A stretch of DNA of 64,000 nt from Laetmonice hystrix. Lineage: Eukaryota. The notes under the pieces are model-generated. The model did not search any database and had not been told where the DNA came from. It saw only the letters and a program-made list of their open reading frames with translations. Position 1 is the stretch's first letter. Each line of letters opens with the position of its first letter. Both the position numbers and the translations under genes were made by a program. The stretch spans positions 12,154,001-12,218,000 of the forward strand of contig OZ249436.1 in the NCBI GenBank assembly GCA_965235115.1, written 5' to 3'. Of the stretch, positions 42,866 to 57,038 are shown piece after piece.

Positions 42866-45800
42866 TATACGGTTGACCGTTATACATCTGACCTAAGAAT
42901 AATAATTTTTGGGCCGTAGTTTCAATTTGACGTATCAAAAATGAAACCACTTTTCGCTTATAATTGCATTAACCTGTCTTTCGCCTAAGGGTCGCAGGTG
43001 CCTGCCAGCAGGCCAGGTATACGTGGTGATTCCACCGGTAGCCGGAAGGTGGCAGTGCAGTGGCAGCCGACGCTTCAGTACAGTACCCTGGTGTTTCCCT
43101 GCAACATCTCTGTAATCTTTTTTTAGTTGGGGATTGGATATCTGATATAAGAAAGGCGTACAAGTTCATTTCCATTGTTAATTAAACCTTTACGGCAAAC
43201 AGCTATTTAGACTACCTGACAACGTTGTCGGGCGCTTACAGATGGTCTGTAGGGGACAGACATTAGATGGGAGTAAATGATGGAGCAAACGTATGGCCTG
43301 CCTCCTGGACAATACAAGCATGGAAACATGAAACATGAAGCGTCCTTATACTACTGGCTACTGTCGTATAAAAGCAAACAGTACAGTGAGGCCAAAGAGT
43401 ACAGGGAGGGCAAAGAGTACTGTGAGGAATCCCTGCTAACCTAGTACCCAAGCGAACACTACAGTGAGGCCGAGCGCTACAGTGAGGCTAAACAGCATAC
43501 TGTCGGGCCAAGCTAGCAGTGTGGGAGGCCAAACAGTACAGTGATACTCCCTACATCTTACGGCAACCCTAGTACCAAAGCAAACAGTACAGTGAGTCAG
43601 TGAAAATGAAAGGTACAGACGAGGAGCATCTAATATCAAATAAATATAAGATAAAATTTTGAGAAAATACTGAAATGTGAAGTATACATATCACAATCAT
43701 TTCAGTATTTTCTCCAAAGCGAACGTACGAGACCTATACGGTTGACCGTTATACATCTGACCTAAGAATAATAATTTTTGGGCCGTAGTTTCAATTTGAC
43801 GTATCAAAAATGAAACCATTTTTCGCTTATAATTGCATTAACCTATCTTTCGCCTAAGGGTCGTAGGTGCCTGCTAGCACGGCCAGGTATACGTGGTGAT
43901 TCCACCGGTAGCCGGAAGGTGGCAGTGCAGTCGCAGCCGACGCTTCAGTACAGTACCCTGGTGTTTCCCTGCAACATCTCTGTAATCTTTTTTTTAGTTG
44001 GGGATGGGATATCTGATATAAGAAAGGCGGACTAGGTCATTTGCATTGTTAATTAAACATTTACGGCAAACAGCTATTTGGACTACCTGACAACGTTGTC
44101 GGGCGCTTACAGATGGTCTGTAGGGGACAGACATTTGATGGGAGTAAATGATAGACCAAACGTATGGCCTGCCTCCTGGACAATACAAGCATGGAAACAT
44201 GAAACATGAAGCGTCCTTATACTACTGGCTACTGTCGTATAAAAGCAAACAGTACAGTGAGGCCAAAGAGTACAGGGAGGGCAAAGAGTACTGTGAGGAA
44301 TCTTGCTAACCTAGTACCCAAGCGAACATTACAGTGAGGCCGAGCGCTACAGTGAGGCTAAACAGCATACTGTCGGGCCAAGCAGTGTGGGAGGCCAAAC
44401 AGTACAGTGATACTCCCTACATCTTACGGCAACCCTAGTACCAAAGCAAACAGTAGAGTGAGGCAGTGAAAATGAAAGGTACAGACGAGGAGCATCTAAT
44501 GTTAAAATTTTGAGAAAATACTGAAATGTGAAGTATACATATCACAACCATTTCAGTATTTTCTCCAAAGCGAACGTACGAGACCTATACGGTTGACCGT
44601 TATACATCTGGCCTAAGAATAATAATTTTTGGGCCGTAGTTTCAATTTGACGTATCAAAAATGAAACCACTTTTCGCTTATAATTGCATTAACCTGTCTT
44701 TCGCCTAAGGGTCGCAGGTGCCTGCCAGCACGGCCAGGTATACGTGGTGATTCCACCGGTAGCCGGAAGGTGGCAGTGCAGTCGCAGCCGACGCTTCAGT
44801 ACAGTACCCTGGTGTTTCCCTGCAACATCTCTGTAATCTTTTTTTAGTTGGGGATGGGATATCTGAAATAAGAAAGGCGTACAAGGTCATTTGCATTGTT
44901 AATTAAACATTTACGGCAAACAGCTATTTGGACTACCTGACAACGTTGTCGGGCGCTTACAGATCGTCTGTAGGGGACAGACATATTAGATGGGAGTAAA
45001 TGATAGAGCAAACGTATGGCCTGCCTCCTGGACAATACAGGCATGGAGACATGAAACATGAAGCGTCCTTATACTACTGGCTACTGTCGTATAGAAGCAA
45101 ACAGTACAGTGAGGCCAAAGAGTACAGGGAGGGCAAAGAGTACTGTGAGGAATCCCTGCTAACCTAGTACCCAAGCGAACACTACAGTGAGGCCAAGCAC
45201 TACAGTGAGGCTAAACAGCATACTGTCGGGCCAAGCAGTGTGGGAGGCCAAACAATACAGTGATACTCCCTACATCTTACGGCAACCCTAGTAGCAAAGC
45301 AAAGAGTACAGTGAGGCAGTGGAAATGAAAGGTACAGACGAGGAGCATCTAATGTTAAAATTTTGAGAATATACTGAAATGTGAAGTATACAGATCACAA
45401 CCATTTCAGTATTTTCTCCAAAGCGAACGTACGAGACCTATGCGGTTGACCGTTATACATCTGGCCTAAGAATCATAATTTTGGGGCCGTAGTTTCAATT
45501 TGACGTATCAAAAATGTAGCCAATTTTCGCTTATAATTGCATTAACCTGTCTTTCGCCTAAGGGTCACATGTGCCTGCCAGCCCGGCCAGGTATACGTGG
45601 TGATTCCACCGGTAGCCGGAAGGTGGCAGTGCAGTCGTAGCCGACGCTTCAGTACAGTACCCTGGCGTTTCCCTACAACATCTCTGTAATCTTTTTTTAG
45701 TTGGGGATGGGATATCTGATACATGTATAAGAAAGGCGTACAAGGTCATTTGCATTGTTAATTAAACCTTTACGGCAAACAGCTATTTAGACTACCTGAC

Positions 45801-48800
45801 AACGTTGTCGGGCGCTAACAGATGGTCTGTAGTGGACAGACATTAGATGGGATTAAATCATACACCAAACGTATGGCCTGCCTCCTGGACAATACAAGCA
45901 TGGAAACATGAAACATGAAGCGTCCTTATACTACTGGCTACTGTCGTATAGAAGCAAACAGTACAGTGAGGCCAAAGAGTACAGGGAGGGCAAAGAGTAC
46001 TGTGAGGAATCCCTGCTAACCTAGTACCCAAGCGAACACTACAGTGAGCCCGAGCGCTACAGTGAGGCTAAACAGCATACTGTCGGGCCAAGCAGTGTGG
46101 GAGGCCAAACAGTACAGTGATACTCCCTACATCTTACGGCAACCCTAGTACCAAAGCAAACAGTAGAGTGAGGCAGTGAAAATGAAAGGTACAGACGAGG
46201 AGCATCTAATGTTAAAATTTTGAGAAAATACTGAAATGTGAAGTATACATATCACAACCATTTCAGTATTTTCTCCAAAGCGAACGTACGAGACCTATAC
46301 GGTTGACCGTTATACATCTGACCTAAGAATAATAATTTTTGGGCCGTAGTTTCAATTTGACGTATCAAAAATGAAACCACTTTTCGCTTATAATTGCATT
46401 AACCTGTCTTTCGCCTAAGGGTCGCAGGTGCCTGCCAGCAGGCCAGGTATACGTGGTGATTCCACCGGTAGCCGGAAGGTGGCAGTGCAGTGGCAGCCGA
46501 CGCTTCAGTACAGTACCCTGGTGTTTCCCTGCAACATCTCTGTAATCTTTTTTTAGTTGGGGATTGGATATCTGATATAAGAAAGGCGTACAAGTTCATT
46601 TCCATTGTTAATTAAACCTTTACGGCAAACAGCTATTTAGACTACCTGACAACGTTGTCGGGCGCTTACAGATGGTCTGTAGGGGACAGACATTAGATGG
46701 GAGTAAATGATGGAGCAAACGTATGGCCTGCCTCCTGGACAATACAAGCATGGAAACATGAAACATGAAGCGTCCTTATACTACTGGCTACTGTCGTATA
46801 AAAGCAAACAGTACAGTGAGGCCAAAGAGTACAGGGAGGGCAAAGAGTACTGTGAGGAATCCCTGCTAACCTAGTACCCAAGCGAACACTACAGTGAGGC
46901 CGAGCGCTACAGTGAGGCTAAACAGCATACTGTCGGGCCAAGCTAGCAGTGTGGGAGGCCAAACAGTACAGTGATACTCCCTACATCTTACGGCAACCCT
47001 AGTACCAAAGCAAACAGTACAGTGAGTCAGTGAAAATGAAAGGTACAGACGAGGAGCATCTAATATCAAATAAATATAAGATAAAATTTTGAGAAAATAC
47101 TGAAATGTGAAGTATACATATCACAATCATTTCAGTATTTTCTCCAAAGCGAACGTACGAGACCTATACGGTTGACCGTTATACATCTGACCTAAGAATA
47201 ATAATTTTTGGGCCGTAGTTTCAATTTGACGTATCAAAAATGAAACCATTTTTCGCTTATAATTGCATTAACCTATCTTTCGCCTAAGGGTCGTAGGTGC
47301 CTGCTAGCACGGCCAGGTATACGTGGTGATTCCACCGGTAGCCGGAAGGTGGCAGTGCAGTCGCAGCCGACGCTTCAGTACAGTACCCTGGTGTTTCCCT
47401 GCAACATCTCTGTAATCTTTTTTTTAGTTGGGGATGGGATATCTGATATAAGAAAGGCGGACTAGGTCATTTGCATTGTTAATTAAACATTTACGGCAAA
47501 CAGCTATTTGGACTACCTGACAACGTTGTCGGGCGCTTACAGATGGTCTGTAGGGGACAGACATTTGATGGGAGTAAATGATAGACCAAACGTATGGCCT
47601 GCCTCCTGGACAATACAAGCATGGAAACATGAAACATGAAGCGTCCTTATACTACTGGCTACTGTCGTATAAAAGCAAACAGTACAGTGAGGCCAAAGAG
47701 TACAGGGAGGGCAAAGAGTACTGTGAGGAATCTTGCTAACCTAGTACCCAAGCGAACATTACAGTGAGGCCGAGCGCTACAGTGAGGCTAAACAGCATAC
47801 TGTCGGGCCAAGCAGTGTGGGAGGCCAAACAGTACAGTGATACTCCCTACATCTTACGGCAACCCTAGTACCAAAGCAAACAGTAGAGTGAGGCAGTGAA
47901 AATGAAAGGTACAGACGAGGAGCATCTAATGTTAAAATTTTGAGAAAATACTGAAATGTGAAGTATACATATCACAACCATTTCAGTATTTTCTCCAAAG
48001 CGAACGTACGAGACCTATACGGTTGACCGTTATACATCTGGCCTAAGAATAATAATTTTTGGGCCGTAGTTTCAATTTGACGTATCAAAAATGAAACCAC
48101 TTTTCGCTTATAATTGCATTAACCTGTCTTTCGCCTAAGGGTCGCAGGTGCCTGCCAGCACGGCCAGGTATACGTGGTGATTCCACCGGTAGCCGGAAGG
48201 TGGCAGTGCAGTCGCAGCCGACGCTTCAGTACAGTACCCTGGTGTTTCCCTGCAACATCTCTGTAATCTTTTTTTAGTTGGGGATGGGATATCTGAAATA
48301 AGAAAGGCGTACAAGGTCATTTGCATTGTTAATTAAACATTTACGGCAAACAGCTATTTGGACTACCTGACAACGTTGTCGGGCGCTTACAGATCGTCTG
48401 TAGGGGACAGACATATTAGATGGGAGTAAATGATAGAGCAAACGTATGGCCTGCCTCCTGGACAATACAGGCATGGAGACATGAAACATGAAGCGTCCTT
48501 ATACTACTGGCTACTGTCGTATAGAAGCAAACAGTACAGTGAGGCCAAAGAGTACAGGGAGGGCAAAGAGTACTGTGAGGAATCCCTGCTAACCTAGTAC
48601 CCAAGCGAACACTACAGTGAGGCCAAGCACTACAGTGAGGCTAAACAGCATACTGTCGGGCCAAGCAGTGTGGGAGGCCAAACAATACAGTGATACTCCC
48701 TACATCTTACGGCAACCCTAGTAGCAAAGCAAAGAGTACAGTGAGGCAGTGGAAATGAAAGGTACAGACGAGGAGCATCTAATGTTAAAATTTTGAGAAT

Positions 48801-49725
48801 ATACTGAAATGTGAAGTATACAGATCACAACCATTTCAGTATTTTCTCCAAAGCGAACGTACGAGACCTATGCGGTTGACCGTTATACATCTGGCCTAAG
48901 AATCATAATTTTGGGGCCGTAGTTTCAATTTGACGTATCAAAAATGTAGCCAATTTTCGCTTATAATTGCATTAACCTGTCTTTCGCCTAAGGGTCACAT
49001 GTGCCTGCCAGCCCGGCCAGGTATACGTGGTGATTCCACCGGTAGCCGGAAGGTGGCAGTGCAGTCGTAGCCGACGCTTCAGTACAGTACCCTGGCGTTT
49101 CCCTACAACATCTCTGTAATCTTTTTTTAGTTGGGGATGGGATATCTGATACATGTATAAGAAAGGCGTACAAGGTCATTTGCATTGTTAATTAAACCTT
49201 TACGGCAAACAGCTATTTAGACTACCTGACAACGTTGTCGGGCGCTAACAGATGGTCTGTAGTGGACAGACATTAGATGGGATTAAATCATACACCAAAC
49301 GTATGGCCTGCCTCCTGGACAATACAAGCATGGAAACATGAAACATGAAGCGTCCTTATACTACTGGCTACTGTCGTATAGAAGCAAACAGTACAGTGAG
49401 GCCAAAGAGTACAGGGAGGGCAAAGAGTACTGTGAGGAATCCCTGCTAACCTAGTACCCAAGCGAACACTACAGTGAGGCCGAGCGCTACAGTGAGGCTA
49501 AACAGCATACTGTCGGGCCAAGCAGTGTGGGAGGCCAAACAGTACAGTGATACTCCCTACATCTTACGGCAACCCTAGTACCAAAGCAAACAGTACAGTG
49601 AGTCAGTGAAAATGAAAGGTACAGACGAGGAGCATCTAATGTTAAAATTTTGAGAAAATACTAAAATGTGAAGTATACATATCACAACCATTTCAGTATT
49701 TTCTCCAAAGCGAACGTACGAGACC
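42866..49725. repeat. Higher-order repeat: two copies of a 4-monomer, 3430-bp unit
   Basis: Variant order B-D-E-F repeats at 42866 and 46296. ORF offsets are 3430 (42969/46399, 45558/48988). Confidence 0.9.
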
Positions 49726-50576
49726 TATACGGTTGACCGTTATACATCTGACCTAAGAATAATAATTTTTGGGCCGTAGTTTCAATTTGACGTATCAAAA
49801 ATGAAACCATTTTTCGCTTATAATTGCATTAACCTGTCTTTCGCCTAAGGGTCGTAGGTGCCTGCTAGCACGGCCAGGTATACGTGGTGATTCCACCGGT
49901 AGCCGGAAGGTGGCAGTGCAGTCGCAGCCGACGCTTCAGTACAGTACCCTGGTGTTTCCCTGCAACATCTCTGTAATCTTTTTTTAGTTGGGGATGGAAT
50001 ATCTGATATAAGAAAGGCGTACAAGGTCATTTGCATTGTTAATTAAACATTTACGGCGAACAGCTATTTGGACTACCTGACAACGTTGTCGGGCGCTAAC
50101 AGATGGTCTGTAGTGGACAGACATTAGATGGGATTAAATGATAGACCAAACGTATGGCCTGCCTCCTGGACAATACAGGCATGGAAACATGAAACATGAA
50201 GCGTCCTTATACTACTGGCTACTGTCGTATAGAAGCAAACAGTACAGTGAGGCCAGAGAGTACATGGAGGGCAAAGAGTACTGTGAGGAATCCCTGCTAA
50301 CCTAGTACCCAAGCGAACACTACAGTGAGGCCAAGCACTACAGTGAGGCTAAACAGCATAATGTCTGGCCAAGCAGTGTGGGAGGCCAAACAGTACAGTG
50401 ATACTCCCTACATCTTACGGGAACCCTAGTACCAAAGCAAAGAGTACAGTGAGGCAGTGGAAATGACACGTACAGACGAGGAGCATTTAATGTTAAAATT
50501 TTGAGAAAATACTGAAATGTGAAGTATACATATCACAACCATTTCAGTATTTTCTCCAAAGCGAGCGTACGAGACC

Positions 50577-53500
50577 TATACGGTTGACCGTTATACATCT
50601 GACCTAAGAATAATAATTTTTGGGCCGTAGTTTCAATTTGACGTATCAAAAATGAAACCACTTTTCGCTTATAATTGCATTAACCTGTCTTTCGCCTAAG
50701 GGTCGCAGGTGCCTGCCAGCACGGCCAGGTATACGTGGTGATTCCACCGGTAGCCGGAAGGTGGCAGTGCAGTCGCAGCCGACGCTTCAGTACAGTACCC
50801 TGGTGTTTCCCTGCAACATCTCTGTAATCTTTTTTTAGTTGGGGATGGGATATCTGAAATAAGAAAGGCGTACAAGGTCATTTGCATTGTTAATTAAACC
50901 TTTACGGCAAACAGCTATTTGGACTACCTGACAACGTTGTCGGGCGCTTACAGATGGTCTGTAGGGGACAGACATATTAGATGGGAGTAAATGATAGAGC
51001 AAACGTATGGCCTGCCTCCTGGACAATACAGGCATGGAAACATGAAACATGAAGCGTCCTTATACTACTGGCTACTGTCGTATAGAAGCAAACAGTACAG
51101 TGAGGCCAAAGAGTACAGGGAGGGCAAAGAGTACTGTGAGGAATCCCTGCTAACCTAGTACCCAAGCGAACACTACAGTGAGGCCAAGCACTACAGTGAG
51201 GCTAAACAGCATACTGTCGGGCCAAGCAGTGTGGGAGGCCAAACAATACAGTGATACTCCCTACATCTTACGGCAACCCTAGTAGCAAAGCAAAGAGTAC
51301 AGTGAGGCAGTGGAAATGAAAGGTACAGAGGAGGAGCATCTAATGTTAAAATTTTGAGAAAATACTGAAATGTGAAGTATACATATCACAACCATTTCAG
51401 TATTTTCTCCAAAGCGAGCGTACGAGACCTATACGGTTGACCGTTATACATCTGACCTAAGAATAATAATTTTTGGGCCGTAGTTTCAATTTGACGTATC
51501 AAAAATGAAACCACTTTTCGCTTATAATTGCATTAACCTGTCTTTCGCCTAAGGGTCGCAGGTGCCTGCCAGCACGGCCAGGTATACGTGGTGATTCCAC
51601 CGGTAGCCGGAAGGTGGCAGTGCAGTCGCAGCCGACGCTTCAGTACAGTACCCTGGTGTTTCCCTGCAACATCTCTGTAATCTTTTTTTTTAGTTGGGGA
51701 TGGGATATCTGAAATAAGAAAGGCGTACAAGGTCATTTGCATTGTTAATTAAACCTTTACGGCAAACAGCTATTTAGACTACCTGACAACGTTGTCGGGC
51801 GCTAACAGATGGTCTGTAGTGGACAGACATTAGATGGGATTAAATGATAGACCAAACGTATGGCCTGCCTCCTGGACAATACAGGCATGGAAACATGAAA
51901 CATGAAGCGTCCTTATACTACTGGCTACTGTCGTATAGAAGCAAACAGTACAGTGAGGCCAAAGAGTACATGGAGGGCAAAGAGTACTGTGAGGAATCCC
52001 TGCTAACCTAGTACCCAAGCGAACACTACAGTGAGGCCAAGCACTACAGTGAGGCTAAACAGCATACTGTCGGGCCAAGCAGTGTGGGAGGCCAAACAGT
52101 ACAGTGATACTCCCTACATCTTACGGGAACCCTAGTACCAAAGCAAAGAGTACAGTGAGGCAGTGGAAATGACAGGTACAGACGAGGAGCATTTAATGTT
52201 AAAATTTTGAGAAAATACTGAAATGTGAAGTATACATATCACAACCATTTCAGTATTTTCTCCAAAGCGAGCGTACGAGACCTATACGGTTGACCGTTAT
52301 ACATCTGACCTAAGAATAATAATTTTTGGGCCGTAGTTTCAATTTGACGTATCAAAAATGAAACCACTTTTCGCTTATAATTGCATTAACCTGTCTTTCG
52401 CCTAAGGGTCGCAGGTGCCTGCCAGCACGGCCAGGTATACGTGGTGATTCCACCGGTAGCCGGAAGGTGGCAGTGCAGTCGCAGCCGACGCTTCAGTACA
52501 GTACCCTGGTGTTTCCCTGCAACATCTCTGTAATCTTTTTTTAGTTGGGGATGGGATATCTGAAATAAGAAAGGCGTACAAGGTCATTTGCATTGTTAAT
52601 TAAACATTTACGGCAAACAGCTATTTGGACTACCTGACAACGTTGTCGGGCGCTTACAGATGGTCTGTAGGGGACAGACATATTAGATGGGAGTAAATGA
52701 TAGAGCAAACGTATGGCCTGCCTCCTGGACAATACAGGCATGGAAACATGAAACATGAAGCGTCCTTATACTACTGGCTACTGTCGTATAGAAGCAAACA
52801 GTACAGTGAGGCCAAAGAGTACAGGGAGGGCAAAGAGTACTGTGAGGAATCCCTGCTAACCTAGTACCCAAGCGAACACTACAGTGAGGCCAAGCACTAC
52901 AGTGAGGCTAAACAGCATACTGTCGGGCCAAGCAGTGTGGGAGGCCAAACAATACAGTGATACTCCCTACATCTTACGGCAACCCTAGTAGCAAAGCAAA
53001 GAGTACAGTGAGGCAGTGGAAATGAAAGGTACAGAGGAGGAGCATCTAATGTTAAAATTTTGAGAAAATAATGAAATGTGAAGTATACATATCACAACCA
53101 TTTCAGTATTTTCTCCAAAGCGAGCGTACGAGACCTATACGGTTGACCGTTATACATCTGACCTAAGAATAATAATTTTTGGGCCGTAGTTTCAATTTGA
53201 CGTATCAAAAATGAAACCACTTTTCGCTTATAATTGCATTAACCTGTCTTTCGCCTAAGGGTCGCAGGTGCCTGCCAGCACGGCCAGGTATACGTGGTGA
53301 TTCCACCGGTAGCCGGAAGGTGGCAGTGCAGTCGCAGCCGACGCTTCAGTACAGTACCCTGGTGTTTCCCTGCAACATCTCTGTAATCTTTTTTTTTAGT
53401 TGGGGATGGGATATCTGAAATAAGAAAGGCGTACAAGGTCATTTGCATTGTTAATTAAACCTTTACGGCAAACAGCTATTTAGACTACCTGACAACGTTG

Positions 53501-53988
53501 TCGGGCGCTAACAGATGGTCTGTAGTGGACAGACATTAGATGGGATTAAATGATAGACCAAACGTATGGCCTGCCTCCTGGACAATACAGGCATGGAAAC
53601 ATGAAACATGAAGCGTCCTTATACTACTGGCTACTGTCGTATAGAAGCAAACAGTACAGTGAGGCCAAAGAGTACATGGAGGGCAAAGAGTACTGTGAGG
53701 AATCCCTGCTAACCTAGTACCCAAGCGAACACTACAGTGAGGCCAAGCACTACAGTGAGGCTAAACAGCATACTGTCGGGCCAAGCAGTGTGGGAGGCCA
53801 AACAGTACAGTGATACTCCCTACATCTTACGGGAACCCTAGTACCAAAGCAAAGAGTACAGTGAGGCAGTGGAAATGACAGGTACAGACGAGGAGCATTT
53901 AATGTTAAAATTTTGAGAAAATACTGAAATGTGAAGTATACATATCACAACCATTTCAGTATTTTCTCCAAAGCGAGCGTACGAGACC
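50577..53988. repeat. Higher-order repeat: two copies of a distinct 1706-bp dimer near the array end
   Basis: Private variants (ACAGAGGAGG, T9 run, GACAGGTAC) recur at 1706-bp spacing. ORF offsets 50696/52402 and 51533/53239. Confidence 0.9.
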
Positions 53989-56165
53989 TATACGGTTGAC
54001 CGTTATACATCTGACCTAAGAATAATAATTTTTGGGCCGTAGTTTCAATTTGACGTATCAAAAATGAAACCACTTTTCGCTTATAATTGCATTAACCTGT
54101 CTTTCGCCTAAGGGTCGCAGGTGCCTGCCAGCACGGCCAGGTATACGTGGTGATTCCACCGGTAGCCGGAAGGTGGCAGTGCAGTCGCAGCCGACGCTTC
54201 AGTACAGTACCCTGGTGTTTCCCTGCAACATCTCTGTAATCTTTTTTTTTAGTTGGGGATGGGATATCTGATATAAGAAAGGCGTACAAGGTCATTTGCA
54301 TTGTTAATTAAACATTTACGGCAAACAGCTATTTGGACTACCTGACAACGTTGTCGGGCGCTTACAGATGGTCTGTAGGGGACAGGCATTTGATGGGAGT
54401 AAATCATAGACCAAACGTATGGCCTGCCTCCTGGACAATACAGGCATGGAAACATGAAACATGAAGCGTCCTTTTACTACTGGCTACTGTCGTATAGAAG
54501 CAAACAGTACAGTGAGGCCAAAGAGTACATGGAGGGCAAAGAGTACTGTGAGGAATCCCTGCTAACCTAGTACCCAAGCGAACACTACAGTGAGGCCAAG
54601 CACTACAGTGAGGCTAAACAGCATACTGTCGGGCCAAACAGTGTGGGAGGCCAAACAGTACAGTGAGGACTCCCTACATCTTACCGGCTGGCCTAGTACC
54701 AATGCAAACAGTACAGTGAGAAAGTGGAAATGAAAGGTACAGACGAGGAGCATCTAATGTTAAAATTTTGAGAATATACTGAAATGTGAAGTATACAGAT
54801 CACAACCATTTCAGTATTTTCTCCTAAGCGAACGTACGAGACCTATACGGTTGACCGTTATACATGTGGCCTAAGAATCATAATTTTGGGGCCGTAGTTT
54901 CAATTTGACGTATCAAAAATGTAGCCAATTTTCGCTTATAATTGCATTAACCTGTCTTTCGCCTAAGGGTCACATGTGCCTGCCAGCCCGGCCAGGTATA
55001 CGTGGTGATTCCACCGGTAGCCGGAAGGTGGCAGTGCAGTCGTAGCCGACGCTTCAGTACAGTAGTTGGGGATGGGATATCTGATATAAGAAAGGCGTAC
55101 AAGGTCATTTGCATTGTTAATTAAACCTTTACGGCAAACAGCTATTTAGACTACCTGACAACGTTGTCGGGCGCTTACAGATGGTCTGTAGGGGACAGAC
55201 ATTTGATGGGAGTAAATGATAGACCAAACGTATGGCCTGCCTCCTGGACAATACAGGCATGGAAACATGAAACATGAAGCGTCCTTATACTACTGGCTAC
55301 TGTCGTATAGAAGCAAACAGTACAGTGAGTCCAAAGAGTACAGGGAGGGCAAAGAGTACTGTGAGGAATCCCTGCTAACCTATTACCCAAGCGAACACTA
55401 CAGTGAGGCCAAGCACTACAGTGAGGCTAAACAGCATACTGTCGGGCCAAACAGTGTGGGAGGCCAAACAGTACAGTGAGGACTCCCTACATCTTACCGG
55501 CTGGCCTAGTACCAATGCAAACAGTAGGCCCTACAGTGAAAAAGTGGAAATGAAAGGTACAGACGAGGGGCATCTAATGTTAAAATTTTGAGAATATACT
55601 GAAATGTGAAGTATACAGATCACAACCATTTCAGTATTTTCTCCAAAGCGAACGTACGAGACCTATACGGTTGACCGTTATACATCTGGCCTAAGAATAA
55701 TAATTTTGGGGCCGTAGTTTCAATTTGACGTATCAAAAATGTAGCCAATTTTCGCTTATAATTGCATTAACCTGTCTTTCGCCTAAGGGTCACATGTGCC
55801 TGCTATCCCGGCCAGGTATACGTGGTGATTCCACCGGTAGCCGGAAGGTGGCAGTGCAGTCGCAGCCGACGCTTCAGTACAGTACCCTGGTGTTTCCCTG
55901 CAACATCTCTGTAATCTTTTTTTAGTTGGGGATGGGATATCTGATATAAGAAAGGCTTGTATTATAGGGAGCCCTGGTCGGGCTGCCATTGTCATTAAGG
56001 AAAAATGTATCAAAAATGCATTTTTCATGTAGCCTAACTACCAGTACAACCGATTATAGTGAAAGAATTTTGATTAAATGGTCTCTAAAGACTCTTCCTT
56101 TTGTGGCAGAGATTCTAGTCACTCATTTTTGCTTGAAAAGGGCCCAGCAAATAGGGTTACAGTAA

Positions 56166-56187
56166 GCTTCAGCACTGAAAGGGTTAA
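56166..56187. mobile_element. Possible piggyBac-like DNA transposon end (…CACTGAAAGGG|TTAA); partner end not found
   Basis: GGG terminus directly followed by TTAA is the piggyBac end signature. No matching left TIR is visible in the window. Confidence 0.3.
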
Positions 56188-56442
56188 TACAACGATCCGA
56201 TAGATTGCGCTTCTTCTCTTTCATGTGGAATGGGAATCTCTTTTTTTTCTCCTGCTTTTTTTTCAACATGTTGCATGGTTGTTTCTAATTTAGGTAGTTG
56301 TTAATGAAATTTGGGGAGTTTTTGAGATATCTTGATGAAATTTGGGGAGGATATGCCCACCTATGTGGACACCTCCACAAATCAAGCATTAGCAATAATT
56401 GGGAAAATACATTGGCTGAAATTTATATCGTTTAAAATACTA

Positions 56443-56560
56443 GGGACTAGGTTGAGTAATGACCTGATGGTATGCCTACAAGGCAAGAGATGGTAGGGTC
56501 GAGGATCGTAACCATGCCCATGAGCTGTGTCTCGTTTGCTATGGACACATTTGAATAGGC
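56443..56560 (+). mobile_element. Possible degenerate tRNA-derived SINE fragment
   Basis: GGTCGAGGATCGTAACC loosely resembles a B-box/T-arm and is followed by GCTGTGTC...GGACAC; very degraded. Confidence 0.15.
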
Positions 56561-56579
56561 CTATCCCTACCTCCCTCTC

Positions 56580-56949
56580 TCAATTTCTGTTGTTACATGA
56601 TTCTACTGGTAAGGTAATTGTTATTATATCTGTGTGTATCCTTCGTACAAATGGTCTCCCGCCAGTCCATTGCCGGCCAGCTGTGTGCGGCTAGATGGCA
56701 ACTCCACGATAGAGGGCGCCTTGAGAAAGTTAATTCCAAATCTGAAGTACGAAAGATCTGCTCTCTCTCCAATAGGCCTATGCACTGCTAAGTTATAAGA
56801 TACAAGTATCGTCAGCCTAGATGTGGGCAGTTCTCTCATGGCCGTAGAGTCCGGCAGGCACTATATGGAGAGCAACAATCCGACCCTTTCTTCCTTCGTC
56901 CATCCCCTATATAGTTTCCTCTTTCAATTTCTGTTGTTACATGATTCTA
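56580..56949. repeat. Pair of 26-bp exact direct repeats 344 bp apart
   Basis: TCAATTTCTGTTGTTACATGATTCTA at 56580-56605 and 56924-56949. Confidence 0.9.
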
Positions 56950-57038
56950 GTGATACCACGAGAACTGACTGAATACAACTCATTGTACGGTCACACAGAC
57001 AAAGAAAGCGTTGCATGTATTCATTCTGCTTTAAGCTC

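Larger units (their letters stand above)
1..55956. repeat. Tandem array (macrosatellite) of ~856-bp monomers, 65 full copies plus a truncated 66th; open at the left window edge
   Basis: The anchor TAT(A/G)CGGTTGACCGTTAT recurs at 1, 853, 1725, 2576, 3445 ... 53989, 54844, 55664. Similarity stops after ...GATATAAGAAAGGC at 55956. The ORF track repeats with the same period. Confidence 0.99.

Noticed and set aside
260..55925. Recurrent 60-87 aa ORFs in the array
   Set aside because: They are short, overlap in several frames, are freely frameshifted between monomer types (T-run length, 1-4 nt indels), and show no recognisable domain.
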